Origin: an uncultured Chitinophaga sp.
GTDB taxonomy: Bacteria > Bacteroidota > Bacteroidia > UKL13-3
NCBI GenBank assembly: GCA_964355075.1
Contig: CAYHCF010000004.1
Coordinates: 78,028 to 142,027 of the forward strand
DNA: 64,000 nucleotides
Reading direction: 5' to 3'
Shown here: piece after piece, positions 19,011 to 26,061 of the stretch
Layout of the letters: the number at the start of each line of letters is the position of its first letter
How positions within the stretch are numbered: position 1 is the stretch's first letter
The notes under the pieces: generated by a model
Databases searched by the model: none
Seen by the model: the letters and a program-made list of their open reading frames with translations, nothing else
What the model was told of the DNA's origin: nothing
Made by a program: the position numbers and the translations under genes

Positions 19011-19126
19011 TTCATCATTCATCATTCCCTGTTTCCCTTACTTCATCATTCGGCGTTCATCATTCGATATTCATCATTTCCTATTTCCCTTACTTCATCA
19101 TTCGGCTTTCGGCATTCATCATTTCC
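19011..19126. repeat. ttcatcatt-rich region containing a 52-bp tandem duplication
   Basis: The 9-mer ttcatcatt occurs about 7 times. The unit ttcatcattNcctNtttcccttacttcatcattcggc occurs at 19018 and again at 19070. Confidence 0.85.
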
Positions 19127-19320
19127 TAAAGTCCTGCCTGCACGTATTAAAATGCAAAAATAAATCCGTAACAATTTGCTTTTCTCATTTATTATCGCAA
19201 GTTTCACCGGTTGGATTGTGGATAGTTTATTCACACTCTGCCGTTATGCCCAATGCTATAATTACAGTTTCCCTTTAATATTTTGTTAGTTTGGATGACA
19301 ATTTTCTTTAAATTAGCTGA

Positions 19321-19851
19321 GTGAAAAATAAGCAGGAAACCGGACTTGACTTCATTATTGATAAACTAACCAATTCTATCGAGAATGTGGTTACAGGGGA
19401 CAGTTTTGCAACCGAGATCTCAGTCTTAACTAAAAATGACATAAAGCTTATTACCAAGACAAATGGTTGGGTTTTCAACTGGCGAGACGAATTAAAAGAA
19501 CCAACACGTGAAGTGTATAAGCTAACCATTGTTAATAATTCGACAATAATACAGGGTTTGATAAGTTTGGAAGAGAAGTCTGACCATGTTTATATGCACT
19601 TGGTGGAAAGTGCACCATTCAACAAAGGAAAAACAAAAGTATATTCGGGTGTGGCTGGCAATTTAGTTGCTTATGCTTGTAAATTTGCTTTTCAGCGTGG
19701 GTTTGAAGGTAATCTTTCTTTTATTTCAAAGACACAACTTATTGAACATTATATTCAAAGCTTGGGTGCTATTCATATTGGAAGACAACGAATGATTATT
19801 GAAACTCAAACTGCACTTAAACTCATGAATAAGTATTTTCCATTACAATAA
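19321..19851 (+). CDS. GNAT-like acetyltransferase-fold protein (tentative)
   Basis: 176-aa ORF with a GTG start. The core LISLEEKSDHVYMHLVESAP ... VYSGVAGNLVAYACKFAFQRGFEG resembles GNAT motif A. Assigned from memory of similar Bacteroidota proteins and not verified. Confidence 0.5.
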   Translation: MKNKQETGLDFIIDKLTNSIENVVTGDSFATEISVLTKNDIKLITKTNGWVFNWRDELKEPTREVYKLTIVNNSTIIQGLISLEEKSDHVYMHLVESAPFNKGKTKVYSGVAGNLVAYACKFAFQRGFEGNLSFISKTQLIEHYIQSLGAIHIGRQRMIIETQTALKLMNKYFPLQ

Positions 19852-19896
19852 TATGAACTGCAAAGCAATCACGAATTCCATTAAAAAAATTGAATT

Positions 19897-20076
19897 ATGA
19901 GTAAAGCAAAAAAAATAGAACTAGATGTGGACTTTATTGGTGGCGTAAGGACATTGACTAAAGAGGATGAACAAGCAATTAGCGACTTTTTAAAACAGCG
20001 TAAACTTCAGCAGTCAAAATCTGTTTCCAAGACAAAGAAAATCAGGCCGCAAAAACGCGCAAAATCCATAGCGTGA
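19897..20076 (+). CDS. hypothetical 59-aa protein (acidic N-half, basic tail), below the ORF-track length cut-off
   Basis: ATG at 19897 and TGA at 20074-20076. Sequence MSKAKKIELDVDFIGGVRTLTKEDEQAISDFLKQRKLQQSKSVSKTKKIRPQKRAKSIA. It lies 45 nt downstream of the GNAT-like gene on the same strand. Confidence 0.4.
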   Translation: MSKAKKIELDVDFIGGVRTLTKEDEQAISDFLKQRKLQQSKSVSKTKKIRPQKRAKSIA

Positions 20077-20226
20077 CCCTGCTGCTGAAAATAGCACTCG
20101 GGCATAACAAAGGCTACAATAAAGTGGCGGCATTGTTGTTCGCGGGACAAATTTGTGTATGTTTGTAATGAGGTTATACGTGTATAGTTTTGTGAAATCC
20201 GCCACTTTCTGGTAGCCTCGAACGTT

Positions 20227-20312
20227 AAGCCGGAAATGATACCGGTTGAAACCAAATAGATTAAGCCATTTCTTTTACAGCGAAATTCCTGCCTTCAGCT
20301 TCTCGGCATTCT
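20227..20312. repeat. right copy of the ~85-bp direct repeat (partner at 18751-18835)
   Basis: Contains the real 3' end of prfA plus a dead copy of the Cys/Lys-rich ORF tail (KPEMIPVETK-stop on the + strand, 20227-20259). Confidence 0.85.
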
Positions 20313-21348
20313 CTGCCACCTGTAATTGGTCTATAAATTCCTGGATTTCACCTGTCATTACTTCGGGTAAATTGTATTTGGTGAAACCAATCCGGTGATC
20401 GGTTACACGGCTTTGCGGGTAGTTGTAGGTGCGAATTTTGGCCGAACGGTCGCCACTGGAAACCATGGTTTTGCGCCTGCTTGCGATGGCCGAATTGTGC
20501 TTTGCCAATTCAATCTCGTATAATTTGGTTCGCAGCATAACCATGGCCCTTTCGCGGTTCTTGTTCTGCGTGCGTTCAATCTGACAAACAACCACAATAC
20601 CCGAAGGTCTGTGAGTTAGTTGAACCTTCGATTCAATTTTATTTACATTTTGTCCGCCGGCTCCTCCTGATCGGGAGGTTTGCATATCAATATCGGCTGG
20701 GTTTAAATACACATCCACCTCATCGGCTTCGGGTAAAACAACAACGGTTGCAGCAGAGGTATGTACGCGACCCTGCGTTTCGGTTTCGGGTACGCGCTGA
20801 ACCCTATGAACGCCGCTTTCATATTTTAAAATGCCATATACATCATCTCCGGTCACCTCAATAATTACCTCTTTAAAACCACCGGCCGTTCCATCTGTAA
20901 AATCTATCAGTTCTGTTTTCCAACCTCGTTTATCACAGAAATACATATACATGCGATAAAGATCTCCTGCAAAAATACTGGCTTCATCCCCTCCTGTTCC
21001 TGCACGAATTTCCAAAACTGCATTTTTGCTGTCCTCTGGATCTTTAGGTATCATCAAAACCCTGACTTCCTCTTCAATGGGAGCCACCAAAGGTTCAAGT
21101 TGATCCAATTCCTCTTTGGCCATGGAGCGCATTTCATCATCCTTTTCAGTTTTTAACAATTCGCGCGCACCATTAATATTGCTTATCAGATTTTTGTATT
21201 CAAAGTATTTGTCAACAAGAGGTTTCAATCCTTTGTATTCGCGGTTGAGCTGCGTAAATCGCTTCATATCAGCCACAACATCAGGCTCGCTCAACTTTTC
21301 TTCAACCTGCTTAAATCGAATATATATGTCCTCAAGTTTCTGTAGCAT
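20275..21348 (-). CDS. prfA: peptide chain release factor 1
   Basis: GGQ motif (SGGAGGQNVNK) and an RF1-type tripeptide region (RVQRVPETETQGRVHTSAATV). 357 aa. Confidence 0.95.
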   Translation of the reverse strand: MLQKLEDIYIRFKQVEEKLSEPDVVADMKRFTQLNREYKGLKPLVDKYFEYKNLISNINGARELLKTEKDDEMRSMAKEELDQLEPLVAPIEEEVRVLMIPKDPEDSKNAVLEIRAGTGGDEASIFAGDLYRMYMYFCDKRGWKTELIDFTDGTAGGFKEVIIEVTGDDVYGILKYESGVHRVQRVPETETQGRVHTSAATVVVLPEADEVDVYLNPADIDMQTSRSGGAGGQNVNKIESKVQLTHRPSGIVVVCQIERTQNKNRERAMVMLRTKLYEIELAKHNSAIASRRKTMVSSGDRSAKIRTYNYPQSRVTDHRIGFTKYNLPEVMTGEIQEFIDQLQVAENAEKLKAGISL

Positions 21349-21518
21349 TTGCTAAAAATAAGGTTGCGAAGATAGGAATATTTCTCTTTGACAGCAAGTG
21401 AAAACAGAAGAAGACTGTGAGTTGGATTATTGAGGAAAGTTTTGGTTGTATGACTATAGTTATAAGCAAGAGCAAGAAAGTAAATTGAATTTTAACCGAT
21501 ATGCTTTAAACTTGCAGG

Positions 21519-22277
21519 ATGTCATTGTTGCCTTTATCTGTTGTAATTATCACCCGAAATGAGGAGTTGAATATTGACCGTGCTATTTTGTCGGTTCAGC
21601 CCATTTGTGATGATATTATTGTAGTTGATAGTGGCAGTACTGATAAAACCATAGAAATTGCAAAAGGCTTAGGTGCACAAGTGTTCAGCAATCCATGGCA
21701 AGGATATTCGAAGCAAAAAAACTTTGGAAATGCGCAGGCAAAACATCCGTACATTTTCTCTATTGATGCCGATGAATCCTTTTCGCCTGAGCTGCGGTTG
21801 GAGCTGATTGACTTATTTAATGCAGGTAATTTAAAAACGCTATACCGGGTCAATCTGATTAATCATTTTTGTGACAAGCCAATCATGCATGGAGCCTGGT
21901 ATCCGGATTGGCATTACCGATTGTTTGATAAAACCCAATTACACTGGATTGAAACAGACGATGTACACGAGGGGTTAAATTGGAATGAACAAACTTTGAA
22001 AGCAAATTTATCAGAACATTTATTCCATCATACAACCCATAGCGAGGCATATTACCAGGAAAAAATGGAAAACTATGCCCATTTATTTGCTGATAAAATG
22101 CATGCCAAAGGAAAGAAGGCAAGTGCCTTAAAAGCTTATACGAGTGCCTGTTTCAGATTTTTGAGGGAATTTGTTTTTCAATCAGGATTTTTAGATGGAA
22201 AGGAAGGATACAAAATTGCGCGGGCACATTACCTGTACACGCGCAATAAGTATTTGTATTTAAAAAATTTAGGATAA
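21519..22277 (+). CDS. family 2 glycosyltransferase (KdtX/WaaE-like LPS-core type)
   Basis: GT-A N-terminus VVIITRNEE ... VVDSGSTDKT ... SIDADE. The ~250-aa size and layout resemble KdtX/WaaE. Confidence 0.8.
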   Translation: MSLLPLSVVIITRNEELNIDRAILSVQPICDDIIVVDSGSTDKTIEIAKGLGAQVFSNPWQGYSKQKNFGNAQAKHPYIFSIDADESFSPELRLELIDLFNAGNLKTLYRVNLINHFCDKPIMHGAWYPDWHYRLFDKTQLHWIETDDVHEGLNWNEQTLKANLSEHLFHHTTHSEAYYQEKMENYAHLFADKMHAKGKKASALKAYTSACFRFLREFVFQSGFLDGKEGYKIARAHYLYTRNKYLYLKNLG

Positions 22278-22289
22278 TATCAACCGGTA

Positions 22290-25200
22290 TTATTCATTCC
22301 TGAAAATTATCTTTCTTACAATCACTTTATCCGCTATCAAAATTTTAATAAGATACATTCCTTCCGGCAAATCATCTATTTTATAGGTTGCGGCTGAACC
22401 AAAAGTTTGAACTAATTTTCCAGTCATATCCATAATGAGAACCCTATTGGGTTCAAGTGGAGATTGAATATAAAAAGCTCCGGAAGCAGGGTTCGGACTG
22501 ATGATTATTGCTTCATTTAATTGCTCAGCATTTAAGCCTGTAAAAGTTCCTCTTTTTAAAGTAATATTTCTCGACAAATCTGCAAACCGGAAATAGCTGC
22601 CGGTATTTGCCTTTATCGTCCATTTTAACAATACACTATCGCCGTAGCTTAAAGAAGGAAATGCCTTGGCAAGGGTAGTTAATTTGATTGTAATGGAGGT
22701 ATCCATTCCAACATTATTGCTTGGCAAATTTAATATTGGCGAAGTAAAATCACCTGTTTTATAATCCAATAAAAATCGATAATTCGGTATGGGAACTCCT
22801 GCGGCCGGAATAGCTTTGGTAAAAATAGGAGTAAGGGTTAAGGTTGTATCGCCATTTAAATAGATTACCGCATTATTTAAAGGAACCACCAAACTAAAGG
22901 CCTTTAAACTATCCGGAACAGAGAAAATATCCGACAATTTGTTTAAAGCAACCAAATAGCCATTAAAAGCAAATGGGGCAACTGTGGAACTACTGGTTTG
23001 ACCGCCATTGCCAATCACATCAAACTCTTTGGTTGGCGCTGGCTGTCCGGCTAAATTGGTTGCGGCATAAATTACCAGATTAAAGGTATCGGTGGTGCCT
23101 GTTTTGTAGGCTTTTAAAGTTGTGGTTGCAGTGGGCCAATTTATGATGGGATTGACCAGATTTAATTTGTTAACTCTTATATGATCATTTTCTGTTGATT
23201 CATTTAACACACTTACTACACGTGGCGCCAGAATCGTCTTTCCGGTACCCAATACCAGAACCGTGTCTAAACCTGTTATCAAACTCCATCCCCTTGTTTG
23301 AGTAACCGTTCCCTGAACCTCAATACTATCTGATTCTTTTACCAGATAAGCAAAGTTTTTGGTCTGACTGTAAACCAAAATTCCGCCTGTTGGGTCTTTT
23401 AACAAAAATTCAATACCCCCGTTAATTAGATTTACGCCATAAACCACTCCTCTTAAAGTCGCTCTTACCCCGTTTGAATCAACAACTCCTGTTATAGTAT
23501 TTGTTTGATTTATTTGACCTATGGTATAATAAGGTGGCAATCCAGATGAACTACCTTCGGTTAAGGTTTCCAAAGAATAGGATGAATCAGCGTCTCTTAC
23601 AATAAAAATTAAGACTTTATAAATTTTGGTATTTACCAAACCGCTGATATTTACAAAATTCGTATCGGCTCTAAACACACAATGAGCCAGTGTGTCATTT
23701 TGATAGATTGATCCAAATGCAATATTCGTATTTGCGGTATATCTGGCCGCCATTTTTGTGGGAATCCCAACATTAATCGGATCAAGCGGTTTTACAAATA
23801 CCAATGTGGAATAATAGGCATTCAGATAACCTGTTGGTTTAACCCAGGTTATTTTTGCGTTTGTTGCGTTTAATCCAACCATACTTGCATTTGTTACCGG
23901 ACCCAATGGCGCTTGCCTGCTGGTTCCACTTATCGAAGTTGGGTTTGAATACAAGGAATCGGCTTCGCTTACCACAAAATTAATCAGGTAATAAGTAGTT
24001 CCAGGTTTCAAATTAGTGAGGTTAACAAAATTTGTATCGCTGTTAAAAACACAAATTGCTGAAGTATCAAATTGATATTTCGATGCGAAACCTTTTATAT
24101 CCGAATTTGCAATGTATTGTGTTGAACCGATTGTAGGCACTCCCGGATTGATAGAGGAAGCTTCTTTTAAAAACAACAAGGTAGTATGTACCGGGTTATC
24201 ATAGATACCCGGTTTTGTCCAGCTAACCTTGGCAGTGGTGGTTGTTCCTGAATTAAAGATCATTGCAGTAACACCGGCAGGTCCATTGCTGTTTGTGATG
24301 CCGTTAACCAAAGTTGAATTTGAGTAAACAGAATCCATCACACTGACCCCTAAAAGCATGGCATAGTAAGTTGTACCTGCCGATAATCCTGAAATAGATA
24401 CCCTGTTTGAATCGCCTTTGTAAACACATTTTGCCAGGCCATCAAACGGGTAAGCGGTACCCGAACCTGAAAAATTGCTATCAGCCAAAATAGCGGCTGG
24501 ATTTGCTGTATTACTTCCGTTGGTAATTGCCACTAAAGGTTTAAGGTATACTAACTGAACATGGTTTGTATTATTGTAGTTTGTGGCTTTTGTCCAACTT
24601 AAATTAATGCTTGTTTTCCCTGTTGCCGTAAAGGTAAAACCGCTTGCCGGATTGGGTGCAGAAGTAGGTGTTGTTCCATTTGCAACCGATGGAAAGGAAT
24701 AGGCTGAATCCATATTATTTACAACGTATGCCAGTAGGTAATAAGGCGAATTGGCCTGCAAACCCGAAACCATTACACTGGCTGAATCTCCTTTATATAT
24801 GCATTTCGCAAAGGCATCATTCTGATAAGCGGAACCTGAACCTGAAAAATTGGTATCTGCAATGTAAACGGCAGGGTTATAAGTTGGCGTACCTTGTATG
24901 ATGGCTGAACCTTTTTTCATAAAAACCAATATTGTTTGATTGGTTATACTGTAGGATGTGGGACGAGTCCAGGAAATGCGAGCCGATGTTGATGTGATGT
25001 TTAAAATGCCAAAATTTACCAAACCGGCCGGATTATTGGTGGTTGCCGAATTTAAATCTGTCCAGTTATTAGCCACTCTTATTCCATCCATTTTTAAGGC
25101 AGGGGCATTTGCCTGAGTTCCCTGCGAAAGCATTAATCTTCCTAATGAGGCAGGATCAGGCATAATTCCTCCATTTGTTAGTGCAACTCCATATCTGGGT

Positions 25201-25784
25201 TCAACAGAGGGAAAACCGCTGGAAAAATTAAATACGGTAAGTGTATCGTTAGCATTTCCCGTAACAAAATGATATTTCAAAACCACCAGAGTAGTATTTC
25301 TAATAGCAAATGAATCAACACTATAAACTGCGGGTTCGAATCCCTTGGATATCCCTAACTTATAATATCCTGCACTTGCCATTTTTATGTATATCCTCGC
25401 GGTATTACCGCCACCTGTACCCCCAATCTGATTCATTGAGAAAAAATAATCGCCGGTACCTTTTGCTGTATCTACATTCAACATAAAGGAAACATAAACA
25501 TTTCCCGAAGAAACACTTGCCTTGGCATCTTTGTAAACGTCTTGTCCCGAAGAACCTAAAATTGCTGCATTTCCAATACCGGATAGAACATAAGAACTAT
25601 ACGTTAATCCCGACGATGAAACGAGAATTGGTGAGGTAGCAACCGTACCATTCTGTATCCAACCATTTGAGGTTAGGGGTTGGCTGGCGGGGTAATCAAA
25701 GTTCTCTGTTAATAATTGTTGGGCTTGTATTGGGTTAAAAGCAAAAAAGTTGAAAACAAGAATGCAACTGAATAATTTTCTCAT
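22290..25784 (-). CDS. large T9SS-sorted surface protein (N-terminal shared domain, four Fn3-like repeats, OB-like module, type-A CTD)
   Basis: Signal peptide. N-terminal ~225 aa are homologous to ORF 29017-30291. Four ~115-aa repeats are present. The C-terminal CTD reads IISPNPASGAFYIQ ... GMYLIKIL ... KIIFRNE. Confidence 0.85.
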   Translation of the reverse strand: MRKLFSCILVFNFFAFNPIQAQQLLTENFDYPASQPLTSNGWIQNGTVATSPILVSSSGLTYSSYVLSGIGNAAILGSSGQDVYKDAKASVSSGNVYVSFMLNVDTAKGTGDYFFSMNQIGGTGGGNTARIYIKMASAGYYKLGISKGFEPAVYSVDSFAIRNTTLVVLKYHFVTGNANDTLTVFNFSSGFPSVEPRYGVALTNGGIMPDPASLGRLMLSQGTQANAPALKMDGIRVANNWTDLNSATTNNPAGLVNFGILNITSTSARISWTRPTSYSITNQTILVFMKKGSAIIQGTPTYNPAVYIADTNFSGSGSAYQNDAFAKCIYKGDSASVMVSGLQANSPYYLLAYVVNNMDSAYSFPSVANGTTPTSAPNPASGFTFTATGKTSINLSWTKATNYNNTNHVQLVYLKPLVAITNGSNTANPAAILADSNFSGSGTAYPFDGLAKCVYKGDSNRVSISGLSAGTTYYAMLLGVSVMDSVYSNSTLVNGITNSNGPAGVTAMIFNSGTTTTAKVSWTKPGIYDNPVHTTLLFLKEASSINPGVPTIGSTQYIANSDIKGFASKYQFDTSAICVFNSDTNFVNLTNLKPGTTYYLINFVVSEADSLYSNPTSISGTSRQAPLGPVTNASMVGLNATNAKITWVKPTGYLNAYYSTLVFVKPLDPINVGIPTKMAARYTANTNIAFGSIYQNDTLAHCVFRADTNFVNISGLVNTKIYKVLIFIVRDADSSYSLETLTEGSSSGLPPYYTIGQINQTNTITGVVDSNGVRATLRGVVYGVNLINGGIEFLLKDPTGGILVYSQTKNFAYLVKESDSIEVQGTVTQTRGWSLITGLDTVLVLGTGKTILAPRVVSVLNESTENDHIRVNKLNLVNPIINWPTATTTLKAYKTGTTDTFNLVIYAATNLAGQPAPTKEFDVIGNGGQTSSSTVAPFAFNGYLVALNKLSDIFSVPDSLKAFSLVVPLNNAVIYLNGDTTLTLTPIFTKAIPAAGVPIPNYRFLLDYKTGDFTSPILNLPSNNVGMDTSITIKLTTLAKAFPSLSYGDSVLLKWTIKANTGSYFRFADLSRNITLKRGTFTGLNAEQLNEAIIISPNPASGAFYIQSPLEPNRVLIMDMTGKLVQTFGSAATYKIDDLPEGMYLIKILIADKVIVRKIIFRNE
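23550..25028 (-). repeat. four tandem ~115-aa Fn3-like coding repeats inside the 1164-aa ORF
   Basis: A recurring pattern is visible four times: (A/T)xISW(T/V)KPxxY ... LVFxK ... YxANxNxxGxGxxYQxD ... CV(Y/F) ... SGLxxxTxYY ... DSxYS. Confidence 0.75.
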
Positions 25785-26061
25785 AAGAATTTGTTTAGTG
25801 ATGCAATATAAATATTTCCGGATTAAATTTGTTTCCTGATAAATTATAAACGATTCAATGCTAATAATTTAATGCTTTTTTAATAAGCTAAAGGCGATTT
25901 TTTGCATTTAGCTAAAACAGGAATATTATCCATTTCAAATGTGTCTGAAAACAATATGATATACAAAAGCTTCAGGCTTCCTGTTTTTTTATCTTCAATT
26001 TGTTTATTTTGCCAATCCTATTATCTATAATCTAAATGATGCTACTGAGCAAAAATTTCAA

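Noticed and set aside
19046-19234. 62-aa ORF (GNDECRKPNDEVREIGNDEYRMMNAE)
   Set aside because: It runs straight through the ttcatcatt tandem-repeat tract, and its repetitive NDE sequence is a by-product of the DNA repeat. There is no independent coding evidence.
20121-20208. Perfect 10-bp inverted repeat aaagtggcgg ... ccgccacttt separated by 68 nt, just inside the right repeat of the insert
   Set aside because: It could be a recombination site or a structured RNA. A single 10-bp pair with a long unstructured spacer is too weak to call without comparative data.
25332-25344. tRNA-like T-loop string gggttcgaatccc
   Set aside because: The flanking bases do not form a T-stem (gcggg ... ccctt), and no acceptor or anticodon arms can be drawn. 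The string lies inside the 1164-aa coding sequence. I saw no tRNA genes in the window.
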